In this document: piece after piece, positions 45,820-55,608 of the stretch
How positions within the stretch are numbered: the first letter of the stretch is position 1
Layout of the letters: every line of letters begins with the position of its first letter
DNA from: Chloroflexia bacterium
GTDB taxonomy: Bacteria > Chloroflexota > Chloroflexia > QHBQ01 > JADMIH01
Direction of reading: 5' to 3'
Length of the DNA stretch: 64,000 bases
Assembly: GCA_036388595.1 (NCBI GenBank)
Contig: DASVRN010000100.1
Coordinates: forward strand, 11,524-75,523
The notes under the pieces: model-generated
What the model saw: the letters and a program-made list of their open reading frames with translations, nothing else
The model's database searches: none
What the model was told of the DNA's origin: nothing
Translations under genes and position numbers: made by a program

Positions 45820-48339
45820 CTATGACGTATTTTGACTGCTTAGCCTTATGGCGTCTTCAAGCCACTTTCCTGCAGTAGTTGTCTTTGGATGTTCAGGCCC
45901 TAGGTACTTGTGAAATGTTCTGTACGCACTTGTCAGGCATCCCTGTGCCTCTTGAAAATTGCCTCCTTCTAGTAGGGCTACACCCAAGTTGGCCAGCCAT
46001 GTAGCTGCTTCTGGGTGGTCTGGACCATATACTGCTTCGCCAATAGCAAATGCTCTCTCGAAGTTAGAACGTGCCCCTTGCAGGTCTCCAAGTTCTCGTA
46101 GTACGGTGCCTAACATGCTTAATCTCACTGCCACATTTGGATGATTAGGACCGTACACGGACTTATCAATGGCAAGTGCCCTCTCTAAGTTGGAGCGTGC
46201 CCCTTGCAGGTCTCCAAGTGCTCGTAGTATAGCGCCCAAGTTATTTAAGCCTACAGCTACATGAGGGTGATCAGGGCCATGCACAGACTTGATTATAGCA
46301 AGTGCTCTCTCGAAGTTGGAGCGTGCCCCTTGCAGGTCTCCAAGTTCTCGTAGTACGGTACCTAAGTTATTCAACCTTGCAGCCACAGTAGGATGGTCTG
46401 GACCATACATAGACTTACCTATAGCAAGGGCTCTCTCGTGGTTGGAGCGTGCCCCTTGTAAGTCTCCAAGTACTCGTAGTACCGTGCCTAAGTTATTCAA
46501 CCGTATAGCCACTGTAGGATGGTCTGGACCATACACTGCTTCGCCAATCACTATTGCTCTTTCAAGCTGGTCTCTTGCCTCCTTGTACTGTGCTCTATGC
46601 TCCAGATATAAGCCCACCTCGTTCAAAACATGCGATAGTAATTCACCAATTCCCTTAGTAGTAGGTATTTGTAAGTCAAAAAAGGAGATCACTGCTAACG
46701 CGTGCGGCAACACACTAGCTGCAATAGGCCATGTACCCATGCCGTCTATTCTATAGCTGAAGCCATCTCCCACTACACGTAAGGCTGCCTCTATCCACGT
46801 CTGCCTCGCATCAGGTGACAGTTTATCGCGTACTACAGCTTGTACCAGACGGTGGATTGATATACTGCGTCTATCTTTGTCTACCTCAACCAGCGAATAC
46901 TTGCCTAACTCTCCAACTACGTCATCCAACTTAAGAGGTTCCGATACTGCTTTCTTGAGGCTCTCCGGCAAGTGGTCAGCCCCTGCTACGATCATGTCTA
47001 ACGGAATGTCCTCAGGAGCGAAGAAAGCGCACAGATTCAGCAGGTCGGCTGCCGCCGGTGAGTGCCCGCGCACGGCTTGGAATGTTAGCTCCCAGGTAGC
47101 AGCTATGGTGGCTGGATAATCGTCCGAAGGGATGAATGCCTTATCTCTGTACTCCTGGAACAAGGGCAGATAGTCGGCTAGCGATTTCTGTTTCTGCTCC
47201 ATGTATGCACCTGCCTGTGCCAGGGCTATGGGCAGAAAACCCAACCCCTCCGCGAGTTTGCCTGCTGTGGCTCGGTCCTTCTCCCCCGTGCGTTTCAGCA
47301 GGAAATCAACGGCTTCCTCCGGCTCCAGCACTTCTACAACTACGGGTTGAGCGTATTGCCGCCAGTTCGGGTTGCGGGACGTAATGAGCACATGCCCGGT
47401 GCCGACTTGAGGCAGATACTTCGCTATTTGCTTGCCATCCTCCGCATTGTCAAACACAAGCAGCCACCTGGTGTTCTCCCTCAGCCAGCGTAAGACTGCC
47501 TTAACATCAGCATCCTGGTCCCTGGTGTCTAGCTGAGATATTCCCAGTTCGCCCGCTAAAGCTGCAAAATCGGCTGCGAGCGTGGTAGGTTCCTCAGCAC
47601 GCACCCACAACACAGCATCATATTCGCCTGCATAACGGTAGGCATATTCATTGGCAAGCTGTGTCTTGCCAACACCACCCAACCCGTGTAGGGCTTGAGG
47701 CTGCGTCAAGGCGGCGTGCTGGCCGGAGGTAAGTTTCTCAAGTAGGTCTTGAAGCAATTCCTCACGCCCGGTGAAATTGAGGTTGCGGGAGTGTGGCACC
47801 GTCCAAACCCTCGGGAGGGCGGGCCTCGGGGGTAGGGGCGGCGTAGTGCTGGAACGCGTCGCAGAACCACTTTGCCTGCTTCGCCTTAGTGCCTCCGCTA
47901 CTTTCGCTATTCCTTGTGCGACATTGGTAAAGGCTTCATCTATATCCGGCCAACTCCTGACAGGCTTCCCATCGGTTGGTAAGAAGTTTAGCTTTCCGAA
48001 TATCGCACCCTTCCAGTACACGGAACGTATGATGATGGGAATAACACTCGCTTTGCGGGCCTCGTGCCGTTCCATAGCTCGCTTCAACTCCACGCTGGAG
48101 CAGTAACGGGAGGCAAGGAAGTCAGAACTGATAAGAAGGAGTATTATATCTGCGCTATTAAGGTGCTCATCTATCTCGTGCTCCCACTCTGTGCCCGCGC
48201 TGATGTTGCGGTCGTGCCAATTACTGATCACACCGTTGGTTCTCAATATGCTAAGATGCTTTTCAAGTTTGTCGCGAAGGTCCTCATCCTCATGTGCATA
48301 TGAGTAGAACACCTCCAATGGCTTTTCTGCGTCAGACAT
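45820..48339 (-). CDS. TIR - NB-ARC (STAND P-loop NTPase) - TPR-repeat protein
   Basis: Start MSDAEKPLEVFYSYAHEDEDL (ATG 48339). TIR-like domain (...SADIILLLISSDFLASRYCSSVELKRAMERH...). Walker A GLGGVGKTQLANEYAYRY. NB-ARC-like region (LLVFDNAED...ITSRN). About 7 near-identical 42-aa TPR units (ERALAIGKSMYGPDHPTVAARLNNLGTVLRELGDLQGARSNF). Codon usage is visibly AT-richer than that of neighbouring genes. Confidence 0.85.
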   Translation of the reverse strand: MSDAEKPLEVFYSYAHEDEDLRDKLEKHLSILRTNGVISNWHDRNISAGTEWEHEIDEHLNSADIILLLISSDFLASRYCSSVELKRAMERHEARKASVIPIIIRSVYWKGAIFGKLNFLPTDGKPVRSWPDIDEAFTNVAQGIAKVAEALRRSRQSGSATRSSTTPPLPPRPALPRVWTVPHSRNLNFTGREELLQDLLEKLTSGQHAALTQPQALHGLGGVGKTQLANEYAYRYAGEYDAVLWVRAEEPTTLAADFAALAGELGISQLDTRDQDADVKAVLRWLRENTRWLLVFDNAEDGKQIAKYLPQVGTGHVLITSRNPNWRQYAQPVVVEVLEPEEAVDFLLKRTGEKDRATAGKLAEGLGFLPIALAQAGAYMEQKQKSLADYLPLFQEYRDKAFIPSDDYPATIAATWELTFQAVRGHSPAAADLLNLCAFFAPEDIPLDMIVAGADHLPESLKKAVSEPLKLDDVVGELGKYSLVEVDKDRRSISIHRLVQAVVRDKLSPDARQTWIEAALRVVGDGFSYRIDGMGTWPIAASVLPHALAVISFFDLQIPTTKGIGELLSHVLNEVGLYLEHRAQYKEARDQLERAIVIGEAVYGPDHPTVAIRLNNLGTVLRVLGDLQGARSNHERALAIGKSMYGPDHPTVAARLNNLGTVLRELGDLQGARSNFERALAIIKSVHGPDHPHVAVGLNNLGAILRALGDLQGARSNLERALAIDKSVYGPNHPNVAVRLSMLGTVLRELGDLQGARSNFERAFAIGEAVYGPDHPEAATWLANLGVALLEGGNFQEAQGCLTSAYRTFHKYLGPEHPKTTTAGKWLEDAIRLSSQNTS

Positions 48340-48540
48340 ACGTTGCTCCCCAAGGCGAGGTATGAGAACACAGTGGCTTGTGTATAGCCACATTATAGCT
48401 GTACTAATGTTTGTAGGGAAGTGATAGCGCGTGCTTACAGATCGGGCAATAGTTGTAGAGGAATGGACAGGGTCTAATCGCGAGCAAAGCCAACAAGCAT
48501 CCACCTTCTAGGATGCTCGTTGGCTTTGTTCAGACGATAC

Positions 48541-49995
48541 TTACTTGTATCTTATTACCGCGAAGTCGGTGTCGAACATGTCTTCCTGGCGCAGGGTGGC
48601 GGAGCCGACTACTATCACCTTGCCGTCGGGCTGCACCGTCATTGCCAGGCCGATATCGTGAAAGTCGTCGAACTGGGTTGCTACCAGGCCCTCGTCGCCG
48701 AAGCTTTCGACCTTTGTGCCGTCCGGGTTCAGCAGCATGAGCGCGATAGCGTCGTTGTCGTCAATCGAGCCTGCGGTGAGCAGCTTGCCATCCGGCAGCC
48801 TCACAACGTCGTAGTTGAGGTCGGTGCCCTGCCTGTAGCCTACCTTGCCGTCGCCCCCAAAGCTTTCGTCGGGCGTGCCGTCGGGGTTGTACTGCGCCAG
48901 CCCGAAGCCGGGAGAGGCACAGGCGTCGGTCTCGCAGAAGGTCACATCGATGTACACGGGACCCGCGGCAACAATTTTACCGCCGGGCAGCACTAAGAGA
49001 GCTTCGATATAGTCACGGTCCTGGCGGAAGTCGGTCATCACCACGCCGTCCCTGCCGAACTCATCGTCCAGGCTGCCATCTTCGTTGTAGCGCACCAGCG
49101 TGTAGTCGTGCCCTTCCATCCCGGTGCTAGGATCGTCCGAACCATAGCCACCTACTAACACCTTGCCGTCGGGCTGCACCGCCACCGCGTGCGCCATCGC
49201 ATCGTTGGGGAACGAGGTGACCACACGCCCGCCGTCACCGAAACTCTCGTCAAGCGTACCATCTACGTTGAGCCGCACGGTCGCAAAGCTGTGTGGGTAG
49301 CGCCCCGTCATGCCCGCGAGCACAATCTTGCCATCGGGTGCCAGGGTGACCGCGTGCGCCTCCTCCTCCGAGGAGCTGCCCTCGGTCTGGTCAACAGCCA
49401 CGAGCGCCTTGCCGTCCTCACCGAAGCTCTCGTCCGGGCTGCCGTCCGGATTGTAGCGAAGGGCCGCAAATACCAGGTGGCCGGCATCAAAATCCAGCGT
49501 GGTGCCTACCGCTATGTACTTGCCGTCGGGCTGCTGGATAAGGGCGTGTGGCTCGCTATAGTCGTACTCAGAGTCGGTGACGTTGACCACCAACTTGCCG
49601 TCTTCTCCGAAGGTGGTGTCCAGGTTGCCCCTAGAATCGTAGCGGGTAAATGCAAACTGCGCCTTGGTCTTAGGCCACGTCTCACCCAGCACCACGATCT
49701 TGCCGTCTGCCTGCACAATTGCACCAACGGCCTCTTCGGGGCTGCCTCCTATGTTAGTGGTTACCTTCCCGCCTTTGCCGAATGACGTATCAAGTGTGCC
49801 GGCAAACGGGGACGCATCAACATGGGGAGTCCTGGTGGCACGGGCTGCCGTTCTAGTTTCAGAGGACTGTGGGGCGGGTTGAGGTGTGCCCTGGGTGGGG
49901 CTGACTTCACCGCAGGCTGTGTTCAGGATGAGGGGCAGCACCGCGAAGGCGGCAACGATAAGCTGAGTTGGTCTCGTGGGGTACTTGTTTGGCAT
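48541..49995 (-). CDS. secreted delta-60-repeat beta-propeller lipoprotein
   Basis: Signal ...LPLILNTACGE, then about 9 repeats of the form FGxDGKVVTxF...(P/Q)DGKIVVxG. Confidence 0.7.
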   Translation of the reverse strand: MPNKYPTRPTQLIVAAFAVLPLILNTACGEVSPTQGTPQPAPQSSETRTAARATRTPHVDASPFAGTLDTSFGKGGKVTTNIGGSPEEAVGAIVQADGKIVVLGETWPKTKAQFAFTRYDSRGNLDTTFGEDGKLVVNVTDSEYDYSEPHALIQQPDGKYIAVGTTLDFDAGHLVFAALRYNPDGSPDESFGEDGKALVAVDQTEGSSSEEEAHAVTLAPDGKIVLAGMTGRYPHSFATVRLNVDGTLDESFGDGGRVVTSFPNDAMAHAVAVQPDGKVLVGGYGSDDPSTGMEGHDYTLVRYNEDGSLDDEFGRDGVVMTDFRQDRDYIEALLVLPGGKIVAAGPVYIDVTFCETDACASPGFGLAQYNPDGTPDESFGGDGKVGYRQGTDLNYDVVRLPDGKLLTAGSIDDNDAIALMLLNPDGTKVESFGDEGLVATQFDDFHDIGLAMTVQPDGKVIVVGSATLRQEDMFDTDFAVIRYK

Positions 49996-50505
49996 TCTTG
50001 TATAGAGTCCTTTTCTATGTACGTCATTGTTGAGACTTTCTATATAGTCGCCGGTATGTGATCTTTATTGCAGGAGCATACAAGGATGCTCAGGCTAACG
50101 CATCAGCCTAAGAGTGGAATGCGGTACATACAATGATGTAGCGGAGAGTGTAGAACGATCGGAGCCAGAGGCTGCGACCCACGCTGCTACCGCTACTGGG
50201 ACCTATCTCCCATAGCTCATTACAACTGCATGTAGTATCCTAGACCCAGGAAACGTTCGTGCAGGGGCGGAACGTGAAGGCTATGTCCCGACCTTGCCTG
50301 TGCTATGCGATGTATGAAAAGCAGGACATTTGCGTGCGTCTCGCCACAACACGAAGACAGGTAGTGCCAGCAGTCCTACTCGTGGCGCATGCATGTACTC
50401 CCGGAGAAGCGGTGATCTGAGGTATTTGAGTCAGTCAATAGCTGGATTTGAAGGTGTAATGGCGGAGCAAAGGAAAGCCGCCTGGTTTCATCTCGACAGT
50501 AACCC

Positions 50506-51069
50506 TTGGGAGATCGCCCCTACGTGAATGGCTCGCGTCATTTGAAAGCACACCCACAACGGTCCGCATTCTGGAAGCTGCTGGTGCGTGTTCATGTGCT
50601 GCTGTGGCTGGGCATCATCGCAGGTGTAACGCTAGCCATTGCCTTTGGGGTGAGCGGTGTTGGAGAGACCGGTGTGCTCCTATGCTTGATCATATACCTG
50701 ACCACCGTAGCACTTGTGGGCTTGCTTGTCGGGCGAGCGTTGGGCCGCTCCAAACAGCGTCCGATCCTTCAAGGCTCTAGTGCAACGGAAGCACTAATCT
50801 TCGTCACCGATGCGGTAGCTGCGTCTGCGCTTATGATGGGTTTTGTCCTGCAAGCAGCGTCAGCAACCTACGGCCAGGTTTACGGCCGCTTAGGCTTTGC
50901 CTTCATGCTTACGGCCGGTGTAGCCTGGCTAGCGAGCTTCATTGCTGCTTTGAGGATCTACTTCCGCACCGGAAATAGGATGCTCGTTGCTCTCGTCTGC
51001 TGTTTCATCTGGATCAGCATAGTGTTTGTATATGAGATTCTGACCGGTCGCCAGTATTGGGGCTTCTGA
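50506..51069 (+). CDS. hypothetical 4-TM membrane protein
   Basis: 187-aa ORF with hydrophobic segments. No family recognised. Confidence 0.4.
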   Translation: MGDRPYVNGSRHLKAHPQRSAFWKLLVRVHVLLWLGIIAGVTLAIAFGVSGVGETGVLLCLIIYLTTVALVGLLVGRALGRSKQRPILQGSSATEALIFVTDAVAASALMMGFVLQAASATYGQVYGRLGFAFMLTAGVAWLASFIAALRIYFRTGNRMLVALVCCFIWISIVFVYEILTGRQYWGF

Positions 51070-51191
51070 AGTAACCATTTCGGTATCTAGAGTCATCCTC
51101 TTGCTCCGGTTGTTCGGCCTGCATACCAAGAGTAAGGCTGGTAAGAGATTTGAACTATTCTATGCTGCGGTAGATGCTAGAGGGGCCGGGG

Positions 51192-54191
51192 CTACTCTTC
51201 GTCGTCCAAGGGTGAGGCTTCCGGCTCCTCTTCTTCATCCTGCCTATCAGCTTCATTTTCATTTTGGCCTGTGTCTGCCCTGGGGGCGAAGCCTATCATA
51301 CCCGCCATCTCCACCACGCCCCGGCGCATCAACTTGTCGGCCTCGGATAGGGTGGCGCGGAGGGGGTTTTGGGGGTCCTGGTGGGCCAGCATGTCGCGCA
51401 CCTGGCGCATGAGGTCGAGGGTCTTGTTGAAGGTCATCACGAGGTCGCCCTCGCTCATCTGCATCTGGTCGAGCAGGTCGGCTATGGAGGTGCCTTTACA
51501 CCAGGCGCGGGCGGCCCCGTAGAAGTAGGGGTTGTAGCCGCGTGTGAGGGCGAGGTCCTGGCGGCGCTCGGCGGAGAAGATGGCGTTTTGCAGGCTGTCG
51601 AGATCGCGGCGCAGGTTGAGCAGGTAGCGCGGCAGCAGCAGGCGGTTGAGGAAGTCGATGTCGCGGTCGTAGGCGAACCAGGAGAAGACTTCCGCCAGGT
51701 CCTGCGGCTTCAGCCCGTCAAAGTAGCCCCCCTCCACCATCTCGGTGATCATCAGGGTGTTGGTGTCGAAGATGTCGGCCAGCTTGCGCGCCTTGTAGGT
51801 TGGCTCGCCCTTGCGCAGGTACGCGAACTGCACCAGCACAGTGGTAAGACCCTTAAGTGTGTTCTGAAGGCGGGTTTCCTCGTAATGCCGGCGCTCGGAC
51901 AGGCGCTTCTCGGCGGCGTCCCGGTCGAGCAGGAGGCGGGCGCGGAGGCGGCGGTTGCTGCGGTGCTCCTTGCGCACTGGGCAGTGGTGGCAAACGTGCT
52001 CCCTCTCGGCTTTAGTAGCCACAGCAAGCTCGGCCCGCGCTTCCTCCAGGTTGGCCTTCGCCTTAGTAGAAACCTCCTCTATATGCTCCAACTGCGCCGC
52101 CCGGTACTCCTCTATCCAGGCCTGGATGTCGGGGACAGCCTGTAGACCCAGGCCCGCGCTCTCCCGCAGTTGCCCTAGCTCCTCGGCGGGTAGTAGTTCC
52201 TCCAGGGGCATGGTGGGGGGCACCGCAAGCGTGGTGAGGGCAAAGGGCAGGTCTACCGTGACGGTGACGGTATGCAGGTAGTCTATCTGCCGGTACTCGG
52301 TGAGCGCGAAAATTTCCCCAAGCCGCACGCCCTCTTCTCCCCGGCTCACAGGCAGGAACAGCCCAATCACTGCCCCGCCCAACCCTCTCCCCAGGTATGC
52401 CGCCCAGCCTTGCCCCTCGATGTGCACCAACGCACCTTGTGGCAAGCTGCGGAAGGCTTTGCGGAGTTGGTCGCGCTCAGGTCGTCGCCAGGGCAATTCG
52501 GTGCGGCGCGACTCGATATAGCTCACGTTCTGCTCGGCCTTGCGCTCTCGGCGGCGCAGGTCGTCCACCTCGCGGCCCCGGTGCTCGTATTCGTCCAGCA
52601 GTTCCTCGCCGTTGTCGTAGCCGATAAGGCAACCGGCGGGCACCTCGGCCAGGCGGGCTTCCTCGTCCTCAAGCTCCTGCTCCAGGTCGCGCAGGCGGCG
52701 GCTCTGCTGGAAGTTGAGGAGGGAGGCCCGCATGACGGTGAGCACCCGCTCTCCCCTCGGCGCGTCCCACAGGTTGAGCACCGAGTTGTAGCGCATGGTG
52801 AAGGCGCTCTCCACCGGGCGTAGAGGTCCCGTGGCGATGTTCAACGCCTCGTGGAAGGTCACCCAGGGGGAATAAGGCAGCACCACGTGCCCCTGCTCGT
52901 CAATACCCCGGCGGCCCGCCCGGCCGGACATCTGCTGGAACTCGTTGGGGATGAGGGGGCGGCGAGATACACCGTCGTACTTGCTCATGCCGCCGATGAC
53001 TACAGTGCGAGCGGGCATGTTTACGCCGAGGGCCAACGTATCGGTGGCGAACACCACACGCATAAGCGACTTGTTGAAAAGCTCCTCCACAAGCTGCTTA
53101 AGGATGGGCAGCAGGCCCGCGTGGTGGAAGCCGAAGCCCCGCCGCGCCAGGTACGTGATGAACTCCACCTGTTGCAGCCTGCGGTCTTCGGGGGTGAGAC
53201 GCTCCAGGTAGCTGGCGAGCACCTCGTTGATACGCTGCACGATCCGGCGGTCGCGCATCGCCTTGAGGCGGGTCATGGAGCAAATTTCGGCGGCGGCCTC
53301 GCAGTCGCGGCGGGAGAACTGGAAGTAGATGGCGGGGAGCAGGTCAGCCCGCTCTAGCTCCTCCACGATCTCGCGGGGGCCGGGTTCGCGACGCTCTCGC
53401 TGGGTGTTGGTGTCTTCCTCCAGAGTGGGGCCACGGTAGCGCCCGCCCTGCATCTTGCGCTTTAGCTCGCCGCCCACGTTGAAATCGACCACCTGCTGGC
53501 CCTGGGCGTTGATGACCATGTTGAGCGTGCCGTCGAGGAAGTAGTAGAGGGAGAGAGGCACGGCGCGTTGCAGGTGGGTGACCAGGTGCACCGGCTGGTG
53601 GGTGCGGGTAATCCAATCCGCGATTTCGGGGGCGTTGGTCACCGTGGCGGAGAGGCAGACCAGTTGCACGTGCTTGGGGCACATGATGATCGACTCTTCC
53701 CAGGTGGTGCCGCGCTCCGGGTCGGCCAGGTAGTGGACCTCATCGAAGATGATGCAGCCAACACCCCAAAGCTCCGAGGGCGTCTGGAGGAGCATGTTGC
53801 GCAGCACCTCGGTGGTCATGACGATGATGGAGCCTTCGCGGTTCTCTATCACGTCGCCGGTGAGGAGGCCCACGGCGTCGCCGTACTGTTCGCGGAGGTC
53901 GCGGAACTTCTGGTTGGAAAGGGCTTTGATGGGGGTGGTGTACATCACCTTGAAGCCCTGGCGCGCCGCGCGGAAGATGCCGAACTCGGCCACAACGGTC
54001 TTGCCGGTGCCGGTGGGGGCCGCCACCATGACACTCTCGCCCGCCGCGAGGTGCGCGATAGCCTCCTCCTGGAACGGGTCGAGGGGGAAGGGATAGCGCC
54101 CGCGAAACTCCTCTACGAGGTGTTGGGCTTCGGGGGTGAGGTTGCCGGGTTGCGGTTCGGCTTGGGTGGTCTGCTTGGGTTTGCGGGGCAT
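51192..54191 (-). CDS. helY: Ski2-like DEAD/DEAH-box helicase (HelY family)
   Basis: FPLDPFQEEAI...MVAAPTGTGKT (motif I), IFDEVHYLAD (DExH), SATV, ...HHAGLLP...QQMSGRAGRRG (motif VI), and a long C-terminal domain. Confidence 0.85.
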   Translation of the reverse strand: MPRKPKQTTQAEPQPGNLTPEAQHLVEEFRGRYPFPLDPFQEEAIAHLAAGESVMVAAPTGTGKTVVAEFGIFRAARQGFKVMYTTPIKALSNQKFRDLREQYGDAVGLLTGDVIENREGSIIVMTTEVLRNMLLQTPSELWGVGCIIFDEVHYLADPERGTTWEESIIMCPKHVQLVCLSATVTNAPEIADWITRTHQPVHLVTHLQRAVPLSLYYFLDGTLNMVINAQGQQVVDFNVGGELKRKMQGGRYRGPTLEEDTNTQRERREPGPREIVEELERADLLPAIYFQFSRRDCEAAAEICSMTRLKAMRDRRIVQRINEVLASYLERLTPEDRRLQQVEFITYLARRGFGFHHAGLLPILKQLVEELFNKSLMRVVFATDTLALGVNMPARTVVIGGMSKYDGVSRRPLIPNEFQQMSGRAGRRGIDEQGHVVLPYSPWVTFHEALNIATGPLRPVESAFTMRYNSVLNLWDAPRGERVLTVMRASLLNFQQSRRLRDLEQELEDEEARLAEVPAGCLIGYDNGEELLDEYEHRGREVDDLRRRERKAEQNVSYIESRRTELPWRRPERDQLRKAFRSLPQGALVHIEGQGWAAYLGRGLGGAVIGLFLPVSRGEEGVRLGEIFALTEYRQIDYLHTVTVTVDLPFALTTLAVPPTMPLEELLPAEELGQLRESAGLGLQAVPDIQAWIEEYRAAQLEHIEEVSTKAKANLEEARAELAVATKAEREHVCHHCPVRKEHRSNRRLRARLLLDRDAAEKRLSERRHYEETRLQNTLKGLTTVLVQFAYLRKGEPTYKARKLADIFDTNTLMITEMVEGGYFDGLKPQDLAEVFSWFAYDRDIDFLNRLLLPRYLLNLRRDLDSLQNAIFSAERRQDLALTRGYNPYFYGAARAWCKGTSIADLLDQMQMSEGDLVMTFNKTLDLMRQVRDMLAHQDPQNPLRATLSEADKLMRRGVVEMAGMIGFAPRADTGQNENEADRQDEEEEPEASPLDDEE

Positions 54192-54347
54192 AGGGTGGGT
54201 TTTCTAGGTGTTTGTGGAGGTATGAGCAAGAGGTGGGCCGTGAGTTGCACAAGAATGGGCCACAAGTGGAGTGGGCAGCAACATGCAGGGTCCGACACTG
54301 GCAGTGCTATAATAGAACCATCAACGTGATCGAGGCAGGGATAACAC

Positions 54348-54578
54348 ATGAGCGCAGACTACCAGGATATCATCACCATCGAACCCGGCAAGCGCAGTGG
54401 GAAGCCCACGATTCGAGGCATGCGAATCACCGTATACGACGTACTCTCCTATCTGGCAGCCGGTATGACCCATGAGGAGATATTAGAGGACTTCCCTTAC
54501 CTGACTGAGCGGGATATATTGGCCTGCCTCAGTTACGCCGCTGACCGAGAGGCTCATGTGGTAGTCACGCATACGTGA
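54348..54578 (+). CDS. DUF433-family small protein (antitoxin-like)
   Basis: 76 aa, ...IEPGKRSGKPTIRGMRITVYDVLSYLAAGMTHEEILEDFPYLTERDI. Its stop overlaps the next gene's GTG (GTGA). Confidence 0.7.
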   Translation: MSADYQDIITIEPGKRSGKPTIRGMRITVYDVLSYLAAGMTHEEILEDFPYLTERDILACLSYAADREAHVVVTHT

Positions 54579-54907
54579 AATTGCTTTTCGACCACAACCT
54601 CTCACCGCGTCTCGTTCAGAAACTCTCCGACCTTTATCCTCAAAGTGAACACGTATACAACATTGGCTTAGATAGGGCTACGGACGATGAAGTTTGGCAT
54701 GTAGCTCAGGATAGTGGCTATGTAGTTGTAACGCGAGATGCCGACTTCAGTGACTTGAGTACGCTAAGAGGATTTCCACCCAAAATTATCTGGATACGTA
54801 TTGGCAACTGCCCTACTAGCCGAATAGAGGCAGCTTTACGTGCCCAGGAGGAGCAGATCAGCGCATTCGGCGACGACAGCGGCAGCGGTATACTTATGAT
54901 ACTTTAG
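54575..54907 (+). CDS. DUF5615-family (PIN-like) protein, putative toxin partner
   Basis: 110 aa, ...DHNLSPRLVQKL...DDEVWHVAQDSGYVVVTRDADF. Confidence 0.6.
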   Translation: MKLLFDHNLSPRLVQKLSDLYPQSEHVYNIGLDRATDDEVWHVAQDSGYVVVTRDADFSDLSTLRGFPPKIIWIRIGNCPTSRIEAALRAQEEQISAFGDDSGSGILMIL

Positions 54908-54999
54908 TTCCGGCTACAAGAATTCACCACGTCGTACAGCCACGTCAGCAACAGCAGTGGTGAAGTTTATCAGATTGACCTACTGGATTAGGATGTCGC

Positions 55000-55608
55000 A
55001 TGCAAGAGTCTGTTCAGGGTTACGAGCCTGTAATCATAACCAGGAAAACGGGCGACGAGCCTTTCCACTTGGACAACAGCCCGCTAGAACACAAATTGCT
55101 GGACTTCTGGAGGTGGGCGGCTTCCGATCTCGTAGGCAACACCGCAAGGGGCGTACTTGCTGAGTACATCGTGGCTATGGCTCTTGGGGTGGCAGAGGGA
55201 GTGCGCCTTAGCTGGGATGCCTTCGATCTAACAACTCCGTCAGGTGTGAAAATTGAAGTGAAGTCAGCCGCTTACCTGCAGGCCTGGTACCACAAGAAGC
55301 TATCTGCTGCCATCTTTACGATACGGCCAACCCGCGTCTGGAATCCCGACACAAACGAGTTAGATCCGGAAATTAAACGGCAGGCAGACCTTTATGTGTT
55401 CTGCGTGCTCAAGCATAAGGACAAGGCCTCTCTTGACCCACTCAATCTCAAGCAATGGGACTTTTACCTGTTGCCTGTTGGGGTACTGAATGCACGGATG
55501 CCAGTCCAGAAGACGCTTTCGCTGTCGAGCTTGCTTAGGCTTAGTCCTGTTCAAGCTACATACGAGACCTTGCGTGATGCTGTGCTAGCTATGGATTGCA
55601 GGCGATGA
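55000..55608 (+). CDS. hypothetical protein with PD-(D/E)xK-like motif
   Basis: 202 aa, WDAFDL...GVKIEVKS (D-x9-E-V-K) preceded by GVLAEYIVAMALG. Lower GC than flanks. Confidence 0.4.
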   Translation: MQESVQGYEPVIITRKTGDEPFHLDNSPLEHKLLDFWRWAASDLVGNTARGVLAEYIVAMALGVAEGVRLSWDAFDLTTPSGVKIEVKSAAYLQAWYHKKLSAAIFTIRPTRVWNPDTNELDPEIKRQADLYVFCVLKHKDKASLDPLNLKQWDFYLLPVGVLNARMPVQKTLSLSSLLRLSPVQATYETLRDAVLAMDCRR

